64,000 nucleotides of DNA from Phoronis australis. Taxonomy: Eukaryota; Animalia; Phoronida. Below are positions 1-13,934 of this stretch, piece by piece (positions within the stretch are counted from its first letter, which is position 1; each line of letters begins with the position of its first letter). The stretch covers positions 1-64,000 of the forward strand of contig NMRA01000464.1 of assembly GCA_002633005.1 (NCBI GenBank), given 5' to 3'. Both the position numbers and the translations under genes were made by a program. The notes under the pieces were generated by a model that ran no database searches, was not told where the DNA came from, and was given only the letters and a program-made list of their open reading frames with translations.

Positions 1-199
1 AGTGATGCAGTAAATTGTCGGCAAAACTGCTGTGAACTTAACTGAAATACTTAATGTCTTTAAAGTCATCCCACAATGTTGTATAATCTTGCCAACATTA
101 TAATATCGTAAGGTGGAAAAAGAGAGCTATTATAGTTTTAACAGACAACTCAGTTGATCGTCAAGTTATGATAGACGGAGATAAACAATGGTAATGAAG

Positions 200-380
200 T
201 TGATGCTGTTGATGATGACAGTGACGACGACGATCATCATGATCAGGATGATGGCGGCGGTGATGATGATGACGTCATTATCAATCTTCATTATCGTCAT
301 CTTCGTTGTCGTCGTCTTCGTCGTCGTCTTCGTCGTTGTCTTCGTCGTCGTGGTCGTGGTGGTGATGATAATGATGATGA
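200..380. repeat. Imperfect (GAT/GAC/GTC)n trinucleotide low-complexity tract
   Basis: Runs of gatgatgac / gtcgtcttc are seen directly; they explain the poly-M/V ORF 188-469. Confidence 0.85.
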
Positions 381-1014
381 AGAGGATACAATATATACAT
401 GTTACGTCACGATCACGTTGTACATATACGGTGTTTGAGCTGAAGTTTAAAACGTATGAAACACTCTGATTTTCCTTCAGGCGAAGATATTTTACGGGAA
501 ATTGGTAAAGTACATTTAAAGTGGGTATAATACGAACATATTATTTGCTTTGCGTTATATTACAACATATCACTAAAACAGAGATACGTGCTCATCAAAT
601 CGTAGGTGTGTTCTAACGATACTTTTCACGGCATACAACGTAAAACTGTAAGTTTGTTTTACCATAATTGCGCTACTTGTGGTGGTTCAACATATAAAAT
701 GTAACAACTTACGGAAACTAGTTGATTATAACGATGTATGATTAATTGCACTTGGGTAACGTGCAGCCTGAAACTGTTACAAACAAAAGTACCAAATTTA
801 TGAATATCGGTGTCACAAAGACATTTCGTGAAAGCGAAAAGCTTTGATGATCTCACCGTAAGTGGTTGCTATCATGATTAGCAACAATAATATCAACAGG
901 CTTGTTACACCTCGGATTACGCCATTGCCGAACAGAGGGCGGAAGAAGTATAATTTCATCACCGAATGTAGGCGATCGATTCAATTCTCACTCATGCGAC
1001 TGTCTCAGTCCTTA

Positions 1015-1025
1015 CTCTCTCTCTC

Positions 1026-1074
<49 letters not shown>

Positions 1075-1088
1075 GTCTCTCTCTCTCA
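1015..1088. repeat. (CT)n microsatellite
   Basis: About 36 CT units with a few interruptions. Confidence 0.95.
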
Positions 1089-3514
1089 TACACGTTTACG
1101 CAAAATCGATGCAATGGGTGAACATGATCACCAGCATATGCCGCTTGTGCGGGTACCTCGACGTATTTAAGATTCAGTAATGTCAGTCGTAAAATTAACA
1201 AAACATTGTCCCTTATTAGTTATACGAAATGAATAGTGGATGACTAGTTCCTCATTATATGCATGTAAAAAACAATTAGTTATTAAACCTAGCTGAGACA
1301 AATATGTCAATCTGGGGCCAAAACATTCGTGGTCTTTTAGGTGTGAGTTAAAAAATAATTGCCTCAAAAATGTGAAATAACCATTTTGCATATATCTCAC
1401 CAAAGTGTATGAACACGCAAATTTTAAAGATCGGAGTCGATAACCTTAAAGTCTACCTTTTTACCTCTCTCGTCTGTAAAAGTTGAAGACGCCCTAAATC
1501 AACACACATGAGACATGGTATTTTTTCTTATCATGTGATTACCAAAAATGGTATAGCACATTGACATTACTAGGACATAGTCTTTAGCAAATAATTCCCT
1601 GAATCTACACTCCAGCTTTTGCAGCCGTTGCCATGCACCGCCAAGTGAGTGCTTTGCAGACGCAGAAACTGCTTTTACAATACGTTCCAGATTTGCGCAC
1701 AGTCACCGATTTTACAAAAGTGGATACCTGACATTGCCAGCACATCACACTATTTCAATTACATGTACTTTGAAAATGAAAGCACGAAGTCGTCTGACAT
1801 CATAGTATATCATTATTCTCTGTTTATGAGTTCTATTATCGTATGATTTTGTTCTTGTCTTTTGTTTTTTTTTTTACTTTTGGTATATTTGCTTAATATT
1901 ATGCTTTGCTTAAGTCTTAAGTTTGTCATTGTCTATAGTTAAACGATTGGATATAATAGTTCGCTTTCTGGGCTAAATATTTGTATTTAATGTATTGTCG
2001 TTTATTTGTGTAGCAGTAACTAACGATGCGACGAAGAGAGAGGTTTGTTATTCTGTCATAGATATTTTTGTACCGCGTTATTGGTGCATAATATTTCCAT
2101 TGACGTATTGAAATTGCAAGGTCTGTAACCACCAAACATTGATCAGACCATTATAACGGTTAAAAAACCCACATCCCGTCCAAGAAGCGAGCTTTTGACT
2201 TAGACCACTACCGTTACAAAATTAGTCTCAACTTCTTTCTCACACAGGTGGGAAATGATTTCTGCGTTTGCAAAGAACTGGCAGTTTTTTTATTTTTTGC
2301 GTGAACTTAGATGACATGCTGTGACAACCTTTTGTCAACCAATAAGGAACTGCCAGTCCTTTCGAAGACGTAATTCCCTTCAAATTTGAATGAAGAACCG
2401 TAAGCGGTATAAATAAAGATTTTTCGACTAGAAGGCTAGTTTAAATTAAGCAAGCTTTTACATCAAGCTGGACTTACTCGAGGGATACTCGAGAAAAAGC
2501 GACCACTTAACTGTTACCAAGTGCCTTGAACACGTAGTAAGACTCGGGAACTAATCTTTAGTTGCTATGGAAGTCATTGGTGCGATAATATTAAACGGGG
2601 GTACGAAACCATAAACCTAGTGACCTCTAAAGTCCAATCAACGAATTTGAAGTTTTCCAGTAAAGGAGGTATGAAAAGATTACTGTCGTCTGCCCACGAA
2701 TATATCAACTTTGTAAGTGATATCAAATTTTATCTATTCATTCAGATTGCAATTTCAGTAAATATACTCGCAGTGTAGTGAGGTATCAAACTATGAACGT
2801 ATGGCGTTAATTGGAGTAGAGTAGATGAGGGCGAAGCCCCCGAACAGCTTTGCAAGATCGGAGAATCTCGCCTTCTGTCCTCGCTGTATTTGGACGGTGT
2901 GTACGTGGTACGATCAGCATGGAACTGGCTGGAAGGCGATGGTGTTCTTTGGTAGATGGGACGCTGGCTGGGTGGCATCTGCGTCGTTGGCTTCTTGTAT
3001 ATGGTTTGACTCTCATGAAGCTGGCTTAATGGCAACAGTCAGCGTTCATGCTTGTCCTAGGTTGTCTTTATTATACTGCCCCATCGCTACAGTTTGACTC
3101 ACATGAAGCCGGCCAAGTGGCAACAGCAGTCATGCTTGTCCTCAGTTGTTTTTCATACTGTAGTTTAGACAGTTTGTTAACGGTTGAACAGAGCCAGAAC
3201 CCTTAGGTGCTCCTGGTACAGGCTTATCACTGAAATGAGTGGCCGTGCTGGGAACTGCTACCATCAGACGGCGCCATTGTCAATCGTGTCCCGAAGGTAT
3301 CGACGCCAACGCCATCTGCTTTTTATTTTTGAGGTCAGTGGTAAATATGCCTAGAACTTTGTGATGCTTGCCGCATTGTTCAAATAGAGGTGGTCACAGG
3401 TGGCCGACGGACGGAAAGTTGTCGAAGTTGTGGTTGCATGTAATCAGGCGCGAAAAATGGAAACCAAAGCCAGGGGTCAGGGTTGTTTGCCACGATCACT
3501 TTGCAGCTGACAGT

Positions 3515-4400
3515 TAAGTGTGAGAAACCGCTGTTTGGGGAATTTGGTAGATATAATAGTTCTCTTTTAACATTGTTACTTGGCAGAATTCTTCGAATTC
3601 CTCCAAGTATGTTGCTCTGACACTAATTTTTTTTGTTCTCACGATACAGGTCGCATTTTTCATCCGATTCTCATGAAATTTGCACACAATTTGTGGACCC
3701 AAATGTCCTGGAAGCCTATTGTTTATCGTCATAATCAAATTCAAGATGGCCGACATGGCGGCCATTTTGTATACATTTTCAGGTTAAAAGTGTCATGGAG
3801 ACCGCAATTTTTCGCGTACACAACTAAAAATCGGCACGGTTGTTACACAAGGCAAGTGGTACAGATGTGCCGGAAAAAATTACTTGCGGTCAAAGATGAC
3901 GGAAATATCGGCCTCGGCGAATGCGCACTTCGATTTCGATTAAAAAAATTTTTTTTTCCTCTAAAGAGCGCAGTCTCAATCTGATTACTTCGAAATTTTT
4001 CGTGTGTTAGTTTTTAATATATAGCTATGATCGAGTACCGCTCAACCGGAAGTGGTTTTCAAAATGGCGGATCTGGCGCATTTTAACCCATTTTCAATCG
4101 TGCTGGGGTGTCATTTAAAACGGGAAGTGGAAATGACTTGAATTTTTGTATGTGGGTTCTCTGAGGTATATTATTTCATATGAACTGTAACAATTATTTC
4201 TCAGACTAATCGTTTTCGAGTTATTTGACTCTGAATTTCAAAAAAACGCAAAATCTCAATTTTTTCGAAAAATTTACGAAATTTCGTGATACCATAAATT
4301 TAGATAGACTTTTGAATAGGCTTTCAGAAGATGTTTTCCATTTTTCGCCAGGACGTCTACTTTTTGAGTTACTTGAGATTTTCTGATAACGCTGTTCCTT
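3515..4400. mobile_element. Probable non-autonomous interspersed DNA repeat (Helentron-associated/HINE-like; boundaries approximate)
   Basis: Contains motifs typical of such invertebrate repeats: ccgattctcatgaaatttgcacac, caagatggccgacatggcggccattttg, ccggaagtgg, aaaatggcgg. No ORF. Family assignment is inference. Confidence 0.35.
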
Positions 4401-4522
4401 TGTTGAGCGCTCTTACTGCATTGATGTTGGTTTAGCTTCTATTGAACAAGACTGTAGCATATTTCTTGCTGATTTATGACATCTAAGTGCATCATATCAA
4501 TGTAATGATGTTCTGCAGCAAC

Positions 4523-4763
4523 ATCACCATCGTCATCATATTCGTCATCTTCGTCATCATCTCCGTCGTCGTCTTTTCAGTTAATTTCGCTAAGTGTCGC
4601 TCAAGACTGTGGCCTATACTTACTGATGTTTGGTCTCTGCGTTCGTCTTGTGAATGTTATTATTACTTGAATTGTTCATCATCGCCACCATCGTCGTCAT
4701 ATTCGTCATCTTCGTCATCATCTCTATCGTCGTCTTTTCTGTTAATTTCGCCAAGTGTCGCTC
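4523..4763 (+). repeat. Local direct duplication of an ~80-bp (ATC/GTC)-rich unit
   Basis: catc(a/g)ccatcgtc(a/g)tcatattcgtcatcttcgtcatcatctc...gtcgtcttttc.gttaatttcgc.aagtgtcgctc occurs at ~4523-4602 and ~4683-4763. Confidence 0.8.
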
Positions 4764-7700
4764 CTCGGAGCGCTTTCATTTAGTATTGTTAAAAATGAGG
4801 TCTGCGCAATAATAATAAGACGGAAGATGCGCTATACTGTATGTATCCACAGAACTGGAATGCCAACTCCGACCTCGCAGCCGCTGAGGTTGCGCCTTGT
4901 GTGCGTGATTATTTGCATTCGTTTTTTCCGGTGTGTGTAATTGCTATGGACTTTACGGTCATTAAAACTTTGAGCAACTTCGCCATTTTTCAACTGAAAT
5001 GCATGAGAGCCATATCATTTGAAAGCCCTTTGTCAGTTCTCGATGAGTTTGCCAGGAGTAAAAAATAAACAATTTAATTGATAAATGATTATTGTTTCGC
5101 ATATCTGACTGGTATAAAAATATTTGGGCAATTCCATTTGTGACCGACGAACAATCAGAGAACATTTTGACCAATTGTGAAAAAGGGTTTTATTCTGTGA
5201 AAATAATTAGTAAAGCAATTGTTAGGTCTCATTGATGGATTTCAAAGCATGTATAAACTTTTGCCCCATCTTTTTATCTTACTGCTTTTTTCTTTCTTGT
5301 GATAATTTAATGGAATGTTTGTAGAGTACAACATACTATTTTTGATGATATCTTCGTTACACAGTTCTATGTAAGCTGAGTTATTGTGACGGACGTACAC
5401 TTTGAATTTCTAGTATTAAATTGTTTGTCGTGGCCAAGATATCAATTCAAAGTAATTCAAACTTCGGTATTTAGGCTATATTAGTCTTTTGCTACTGATT
5501 TAATGTAAAATTCAAAATACACAGATTGGCCTTTTGGACAAAATCATCACCCCAGGTAAGCCAATGCTGTGAATGTACTCCAGGATTTAAACTTTTCAAC
5601 ACATTTGATTAAAGATATAAAACAACATCCTAAGAGCCTCACTTCTCTTTGGAGATTGTAAACTCTGTGTGTGGGAATGAGGGAGATAATTATTTTTTAT
5701 TGGACACCTGTTGGCAATCAGCAAAACTGTTTTATGCATTAAGTAGCTGTAATACAAATTCGAAACTAGTAAGTAAATATGGCTATCAAAAGTATAAACT
5801 GTGAAATGAAGCTTAAAACATTATAAATCATCACTGTTATACATATGCATTTTAGGACTTGCTCTAAGCTTGTACAGACTTGTCTGGACCGTGTTACTTA
5901 TAGTTTTGGTGCATGCCCATGTTAATAATAAAGGTGCTGTTTTAAAAATATTAGTAACAGGACTTCAGTATCTTTTTATAACAACTATGAAGCAAACAAT
6001 TGGTTCAGTATGATTTAGTTGATGGGGTAGTCTTGTGGAATTTGAATTTTGATCGAAAACACCTCCAGTACTGTCTTGCAGTTTTAAGGCAGACGTTAGG
6101 TTACATTAAATTTAGGATTATGATTTCGGAATATGAGGAGCTAATAAAATTATCAAATGTTGGTCCCTAGTGATAAACTTGATTAGCATTACGGTTCACG
6201 CAGATACAATTATGAATTTCGTGATCTATGATGGTATTTTTTCGAGTTTCAAAGAATTTTCCAGCAGATATTTGTTCCTCTCCCAGTTGCTTTTGGTTAC
6301 CGACAATTCCCTCTTTTGTTTATAAATGCTGGTTCAATCCCCTCGAAGTTCAGCAGAAAATGGCTTAATCTTTCTTAAAAAGATTGCGAGATCAAGGTTC
6401 TTGTTTTGCCAAAAAATATGCAAATTAAGACCACGTAATCATCTTGTATGAAACTGTTGAATACAAGCCACCCACGAGCTACTGCAGTCACTGAAGGTGT
6501 GATAAGTACAGTATGCTTAATAAAGTAGGTCACAGGTTGCTACCTCTTATAAATGCCCAGCATCGGCTTTTTCAACTAAAAGCAGCATAGCGAATCAGAG
6601 CAAAAATAACATGATGGTTCCAGGAGAACAGCAACTTGACATGCATTCCTTTAGGTCTCTTATTTAAACTCCAGAGCACCCACGGAAATCTTTCATAAGA
6701 ATACTTTTTGCTTCAGCAGTTTTCCAAAAACTAAGGTTTTTTAACAAATATGGGGCACTAACACAAAAATAATATTCATTAAGATTTTGTTTTACTTACA
6801 TTCTACGATGTGGTCCAACTGTCTAATTTTAACATGTTAAATTCTCCTAAGAATTACTAGGTGACACCAAAAGAAAACTTCTGAGCAAATACTTTTGAAA
6901 GTGAAAAAGTAATGCATCTAGTTCAAAACCGGAACAACTTCTGTACTTTATTTTTCGGCTGTCTTTGTAATATTTAATCGTGTTAGGCTCTTAGGTGTGA
7001 GACGAATTCCATCTCCTGCAAGTTTGTAAAGTAAAAATAAAAATCTAAGTTTATTTTTCTTGGCTGAAAAATGTAATTTCATGGGAGTGACGGATGTACG
7101 TGGCGGACGAACAAATTTTTCTTACGTCCGTCACGCGATTTTTGACTTACGAATTATCCCTGGGATTTAAAATTTTGGCCAATAATATTGAGAAACCAAG
7201 TTAAAAGAGAATCTGAAATAATTTTAATCATTATTGAAAACTTTTGACGAGACGAAATTTTTCAGCATTTTTTGTGGCGGACGTACGTCAAAATGATATC
7301 CAGGAGCTGGCCTTTGACCACAAGAGGTTGAGTATGCGCTAGTGGTCAAACGATTTTTTGAGGAAGTTTAGGCTTTATGTAATCGCATAAATTTGACAAT
7401 ATAGCAAAATACCTACAATTAGCTTATTTATGGCAATTAGTAGCAAGATACATTAAAATAGGGGTAATTTTTAGGGTCAAGTGACCTCCAAAATGTTCAG
7501 GAAAACAATCGAAATTCCATTATGAGCCCTGAAACTAGAGAGACTGGGCTTTCAGGTGACATCAGAAATGTTAATCTAGTCACAATTTTAATTTTTGTCC
7601 CTAGGCTGACATTTTCACTTAATTGCCCATTTTTTAGTTCCAAAAACCAAAATTTTACCAAAATGCGACGAATAACAGCGTGTATTAGTATCATGAAAAG

Positions 7701-8350
7701 GAAATGAACCAGAGACCTTATACAAATCCCTAATGGCTTAACTAGTCATTTGTGACATTTTACGAAAAATGCGATAAACTACTTCAAGTATTTATAAGAA
7801 ACTTGCAGACAAAGTTTTTCTGGTGGATAAAAATGGTTAAAATCACATAGCTTTGAAATGTAGTGGGGAGAGTTCATTACATTGGTTACAGTGGAGGACT
7901 TTTCATAAACGTTTAGAAGAAATTTTTTTTCTTCAGAAAGTAAAAGTTCGTAATCCTGATACATGTAGTGTATGTTACCGTAAACAAAAGACATTGGAAC
8001 ACATTTTACGATTGTTATGTTACTAAAGAAAATGGACTCTGGAAAATAACAATATTCATAATAAGAGACATTGTTATTTTGAACATATGTTGCGTAGTTG
8101 TCACGTTGAACATTCAAGAACAAGAAGACGGAACAATTGGACAGGAAAGCAGAATTTCAGGATAAAGAGCGGGTGAAGTGTTCGCTGCAGCAAACAAAGA
8201 CGTACTGGCAGTGCTTTTGTCGAACGGGAGATGTAACACCCAAAAATGCCCGACAGCCCTTTTTGATGTTATTGTTGTTTATATAGTTGAACGGGAAGTT
8301 GCAGGTGCCGCAAATAATCATGAAACGTCCCGCTTTTTCTCTTTAGTTGA

Positions 8351-8419
8351 CATGGTCGGCGTAGCACTAAAAAAGTGGGGGCTAAAGCCCCATCAGCCCC
8401 CTATGGTGCGCCGCCCATG
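8351..8419. mobile_element. 69-bp MITE (family 2), CATG termini, 5-bp TSD GTTGA
   Basis: gttga|catggtcggcg...gcgccgcccatg|gttga. Related to the units at 13935-14069. Confidence 0.75.
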
Positions 8420-8989
8420 GTTGAGCGGAAAAATATGGCTATGTCCCCTGAACAATTGCATTAGTATATGATATGTCAATTTGGCCGTGTGTCAAAAAGC
8501 GGGATATTTAGATAGTGTGGCGAGATGGCGGAAAAAATTAAAAAGTGGAACAATCCGTCAAGAACGGGAAAATGGAGCTATTCGATGCGGTGTCGATGCT
8601 GCACTAGTGGTGATTAAATTGCGCATGCGTCGCTGTCTGCATGTAAACAGCTGGTAAAAAGAAGGAATTGTTATCAAAATACTTCGTTGCGCTAACCCTT
8701 ATTATTGCTATTTTCACGGGAGCAAATCTTCGACAGGTGGTCATAAATTCCCAAAAGACCTAAGTTTATTACAGGCGTGGAGAATTGCAGTCAAAAGGGT
8801 CAACCAAGTGACAAAATGTGTGTGGATGCCGAAGCCTCACGCCCCGTGTGTGTGCTCCGTGCATTTCCATTGAGAGACTACATAATCACGTTACTTGGTA
8901 AGTTTTTAGCAATTAGTTTCTGTCGACATCGCTCAGTGATGTTATCCCACCAGTTACCCCCACTGAATAACGGGTTTATTCAGTGGAAC

Positions 8990-9239
8990 CATGCGAGCAC
9001 CCAGGGGGGCTCCAAGGAGCCCCCTCCCCCATTTGACGAAGTGGGCAAAAAGGTCCGCCCCTGAGAGACAAAAAGCCCGAGCAAAAGTTCACTTAATAAT
9101 CGCAAACGCGCACTTCACAGTGGTGCTCCCGCATTTTTTTATATATGTATATATATAGTCCGCCCGCTCTTTTGTTAGCAAAACGTCCACAACGTCAGGA
9201 ATTCGAGCCCCTCCATACTGAAGGGTGGGTGCGCGCATG
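8990..9239 (+). mobile_element. 250-bp MITE (family 1, copy A), CATG termini, 5-bp TSD GGAAC
   Basis: ggaac|catgcgagcaccca...tgggtgcgcgcatg|ggaac. Internal similarity to 23072-23326, 24404-24578 and 43984-44123. Confidence 0.8.
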
Positions 9240-9318
9240 GGAACTGAGTGTTTCTCTTCAGAAACACATCCGGGACCCGGATGGTAGGCTAGCAGCACCT
9301 ATTCACATAAATTCTCCT

Positions 9319-10130
9319 NNNNNNNNNNNNNNNNNNNNNNNNNNNNNNNNNNNNNNNNNNNNNNNNNNNNNNNNNNNNNNNNNNNNNNNNNNNNNNNNNN
9401 NNNNNNNNNNNNNNNNNNNNNNNNNNNNNNNNNNNNNNNNNNNNNNNNNNNNNNNNNNNNNNNNNNNNNNNNNNNNNNNNNNNNNNNNNNNNNNNNNNNN
9501 NNNNNNNNNNNNNNNNNNNNNNNNNNNNNNNNNNNNNNNNNNNNNNNNNNNNNNNNNNNNNNNNNNNNNNNNNNNNNNNNNNNNNNNNNNNNNNNNNNNN
9601 NNNNNNNNNNNNNNNNNNNNNNNNNNNNNNNNNNNNNNNNNNNNNNNNNNNNNNNNNNNNNNNNNNNNNNNNNNNNNNNNNNNNNNNNNNNNNNNNNNNN
9701 NNNNNNNNNNNNNNNNNNNNNNNNNNNNNNNNNNNNNNNNNNNNNNNNNNNNNNNNNNNNNNNNNNNNNNNNNNNNNNNNNNNNNNNNNNNNNNNNNNNN
9801 NNNNNNNNNNNNNNNNNNNNNNNNNNNNNNNNNNNNNNNNNNNNNNNNNNNNNNNNNNNNNNNNNNNNNNNNNNNNNNNNNNNNNNNNNNNNNNNNNNNN
9901 NNNNNNNNNNNNNNNNNNNNNNNNNNNNNNNNNNNNNNNNNNNNNNNNNNNNNNNNNNNNNNNNNNNNNNNNNNNNNNNNNNNNNNNNNNNNNNNNNNNN
10001 NNNNNNNNNNNNNNNNNNNNNNNNNNNNNNNNNNNNNNNNNNNNNNNNNNNNNNNNNNNNNNNNNNNNNNNNNNNNNNNNNNNNNNNNNNNNNNNNNNNN
10101 NNNNNNNNNNNNNNNNNNNNNNNNNNNNNN
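9319..10130. other. Assembly gap (N run)
   Basis: 812 consecutive N. Confidence 1.
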
Positions 10131-12419
10131 AAAGCACATTAAACTTGTTCTCGCTTTCGTGCAACCTCATTTCCTCATCCTACACACCATTCCCGTACGT
10201 TTCTTCATAGTATTTGTTCAATTCTTGCTCATAATCGTCGTCGCTTTCAAATTCCCTGCTCTCCGCATTTGTTCAATGCTAGTCACTGATCTCTTGTGTT
10301 CAACCCAAGACATCACATGGCGGCAAATGTGACAATTGGCAAAATTGAAAGAGAAATCAAAATTTCGAGCTAATTACACAAAATAAACATGGGTTTAGCT
10401 AAATTTTACGTCATACATTTAGTCTATGGCCACCGGTAATTCAAAATGTGCAAAAATCCATGGTGTGTACTGTTTAAGTTAGGCTTAGGTATAAAGACTA
10501 TTAGTTTCTACATGCAAACATGAAGATGAAATGTCAAGTATGTTCTGCCTTACAAAAGTAGTTTTGTTTTGTGTTTTCTTTTATAATTTGCTAATATTTC
10601 TCTGACTATCCTGTTACAGGTGAGAGAAACCGCCTGAAACCAGCCGCCTTACAGTCTATTTTACCATTCGACAAAGTAAAAAGAAGTCCTATAGCGATAA
10701 CCTGAAAGAATTGAACTTCGCAATTCAGAAATTCAGCCTTTGCTATCCCTGATTATGGAAACTGTTGCATTGGGAAAACTACAATTGTTTTTAACAAATA
10801 ATGTTCCTTTGTATGTATGTGTTTGTTCAGTTTGCCATTTTGTTTTTAAATACACTGATTGTTGTTTATTCTCGAATCTTGTGCATAGCAGATTTGTATC
10901 CAGCTAGCTACAATTGAAAACATACTTTGCTTGCATGTAGAACTTTTGTTATAGACAAGTTAATACAAAAGTTAAAACTGTTCAAAATTCTTCTTAAGGA
11001 AGCTCTAAAAATTGTTTCAAACATAAACAAACTAAATGTAAACAAACGAAATACTTCGTTTTGATCGCCGGACTTATCTATAGATCAACAGGAAAATAAT
11101 TCGCAAGCGTAATGGGTAATCACTTCAGGTTTATAAAGAAGCAGCCCAACTGCACTGTATGGGGCTTTAAAACTGAAGAAATGTTGTGGTTTCAATAATT
11201 AGTGACAAACTTGCCTGTTGATGAAAAATATAATTGATCATCAAAGTGTAATATTAACAGGGCTTTCCACTGACAATAAGACAATCGATGCAGTTACTGA
11301 ATGTCATTTCCACATAATGCGTACCAAATTGAACAGTTTTTGCCATTAGTATAAAGCCTTTCTTCTGAAAGGAAAAGTTAATGTCACTTAGTGAAAAAGG
11401 GCAGGTATTTATACCAGATGTTTTTGGTTTTCATTTCACTGGGATCGAGTTTTAATGGTAAAAAGCTTGTTTATGTTGCGGCTTGAAATGGCCTTAAAAA
11501 TGTCACTGAACCTGGAACAAATATTGAAACATGAATAATTAAGTACGGCAGGTTGGTTCAAAAATGTTGCCCTTGTTATTTAAAAATTTGATATGGTAAC
11601 TGAATTACAATTTCACACAGAGTTGAATAATCACTATTTCCTGAAAGCAAGGGTGTATATAATATAATAATTATTGATTTCTATAGAACTGCGTCTTTAT
11701 TTTTCATTCCTAGCCATAACTATTCTTTAAACGCATCACTTGCCTGCAAAATATGCAAGTTATTTGAGACAACTTCAAACTTTTGTTACCCATTTTCAAG
11801 CATTTTGGTTTTTGAAACGTTCAGCAATTTTGAACAACGATTACAGATTCATTGGTATATCAAGCACGCTTCTGGTCTAAGGCTGAGGGAACCGTTTCTC
11901 AGATTTTTTTATTTTTCTTCCAATAGAAGATATGAAGACTTAGGATATTTTAAAAATGATGGATAATATTTCTGTTGTTTAAAAGTAATGAAAACCCCTA
12001 AGACTTGCGTATTGGCAGTAAGAATAATATGTTCAAATGCGACCTCACTCGTATGTTCACAGCAAAAATGCAGTTTTCACAAAAGTGGTGGTCACATGAA
12101 TTTATAAACAACTTGCAACTTTTTAAGGCTTGAGTTAAGACTGTCCAGTCATTGAGAATTCAAAAAATGTAATATATTTTTATGGGTTTACAACGGATAG
12201 CAAAACAGTTTCATGAAAGTTGAAAGAACTTCATGAAGGTTAAGAATTATCTCACCATGCTCTTTCCCCGGACGCTGTTACTTGTTATTTCCACACATTC
12301 AGTTGCACCAAATTTTACAACCCCAACCCCCTATGCCAACCTCGCGCTAAGGACCTGAATAAGTAAACTAAACTGATAGTTGTTTTCAAACCTCTTTGGA
12401 AACTTTCCAAATTCCAATA

Positions 12420-12738
12420 TGCTGAGTAAACTGAAGTCACCCATCCCTTTATTGAACAAAAGCAATGTTGTTTATAAGGTTGAATGTGACAACTGTAAGG
12501 AATTCTATATCAGACTCACACAGAGACGCCTCTGTGACAGGCTGAGAGAACATCACACCTCAGAGAAAAGCAACATATATAGGCATTGTGTTCAAATTAA
12601 CAACAATCACCAAGCCAATTCAGTTAGTACTATCCTAATCAGGAATTACTGTACATTAAAGAGTCATTGGCCATTCAGAACCAGCATGCCACTGATTCTC
12701 TGAATAACATGCAGAGCTCAGTGACCTTGCAACTATAA
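12420..12738 (+). mobile_element. Penelope-like retroelement 3' fragment (GIY-YIG endonuclease), degenerate
   Basis: KSNVVYKVECDNCKEFYIRLTQRRLCDRLREH...SNIYRHC matches the PLE GIY-YIG pattern VVY.I.C..C...YIG.T.R.L..R..EH. A frameshifted tail reads YIKESLAIQ...SLN. Confidence 0.85.
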
Positions 12739-13880
12739 TGATGACCAGCTACTGACTTTTTTCCGTATAACTCTCACTTCCCTTTATGGATGTTACCTGA
12801 GCTGTATGTTGGCACTTGCTGTCCTTCGTAAATTATTATCCAGATAATGTCTAATGAATAGATGAAACGTTGATTGAACATGAACTTTTTATATGTGCGC
12901 GATCGTCCGGTTTTTAAATTGACCAAACAACTTATATATCTTTCTTTAAACAGAGCTTCCATTTTCAAAGGCTTTGTTCTTTGTCTCCGATAAAGAAAGT
13001 AGGCTTTGACAACAGATCTGCACTGGACAGGAAGATTTTGGTGGTTGGCTGCAGTCAACTACTCAAAATCAATTTTTGTCCATTCAGAGACGGCTGCAGA
13101 AGCGATGCATATCTCCTCTGCACGGCACTAGCCCTCAAACCTAAAAACCAAAGGTCAGGTGAAAACATATTGCTATATAATAGATTTCCGGACGACATAG
13201 GATAGGGAGTAAACAAATAGTCTAATGGATATTTGTCACGTACCCTTTGGGCTTGGATTGTAGTCTTACCTCACTAACCAATATCGAGTTGACAACATAA
13301 CCATTGATTGGTGTAACTGTCACTGATAAACCTGTTAAAAATCATTCCAAACATTATTGATACTGCTTTGATGTATGAAAAGATCCCGAGTGCTACGTCA
13401 AGTATCGTAACACACATCACAACAATGATTAACCCGACTGGCGACTGCCGCAAAGACGACATCGGCCAGTACCTCAGTTAACAGGCATCAGTATTGTAAA
13501 CATGGAATAATCATTAAAATAATCACAAAACTTATCTTTCTATAAGATTACTCTCACTTCCTGTCGTAGAAGCACCCTCAGAAGCAGTCTCAGATTTAGT
13601 TGGCAAGTCTGAAAGCCATTTCACCACGTATTAAAGGGCTCGCGAAATCCAGGCTGCTTAATCTATCACCACTAGTACACGCGCGCCCTCTAGTAATGTA
13701 AAGATGTCGAATAGCCCCATTGACAGTGAAATACACTGCCAGCAACTCGAATTACTGGATTGGATTCTTTTCAAGGTGAACTTTTCATTTTTTAAAGTTT
13801 TATTTTACGAGTATAGGTAAATACTGCAGATAAGATTTGGCCTACATCTCACGAATACTTTATTATAGATTAATAATACG

Positions 13881-13885
13881 CGCAC

Positions 13886-13928
<43 letters not shown>
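13881..13928. repeat. (CA)n microsatellite
   Basis: About 22 CA units. Confidence 0.95.
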
Positions 13929-13932
<4 letters not shown>

Positions 13933-13934
13933 TA

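Larger units (their letters stand above)
8688..10705 (+). pseudogene. Spliced THAP zinc-finger relic (2 exons: ~8688-8897 and 10620-10705), probably from a THAP-bearing transposase
   Basis: Exon 1 reads CANPYYC...GHKFPKDLSLLQAWRIAVKR...WMPKPHAPCVCSVHF, giving the C2CH ligands plus the FP and W motifs. After a frameshift it reads DYIITLLG and ends at donor G|gtaagt (8897/8898). Acceptor ttacag|10620 continues in phase as GERNRLKPAALQSILPF (an AVPTIF-like box). There is no in-frame ATG, and a stop falls at 10703-10705. Confidence 0.65.

Noticed and set aside
188-1201. ORFs with poly-V/M, (SL)n or (RE)n runs
   Set aside because: They are translations of trinucleotide and (CT)n microsatellites.
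9145-10332. Long ORFs of 278-395 aa
   Set aside because: They are open only because they cross the N gap.
12980-13025. Possible hammerhead in the pLTR after the Penelope fragment (ccgataaagaaag...ctttgacaac)
   Set aside because: Neither the CUGANGA box nor the GAAA box is intact.
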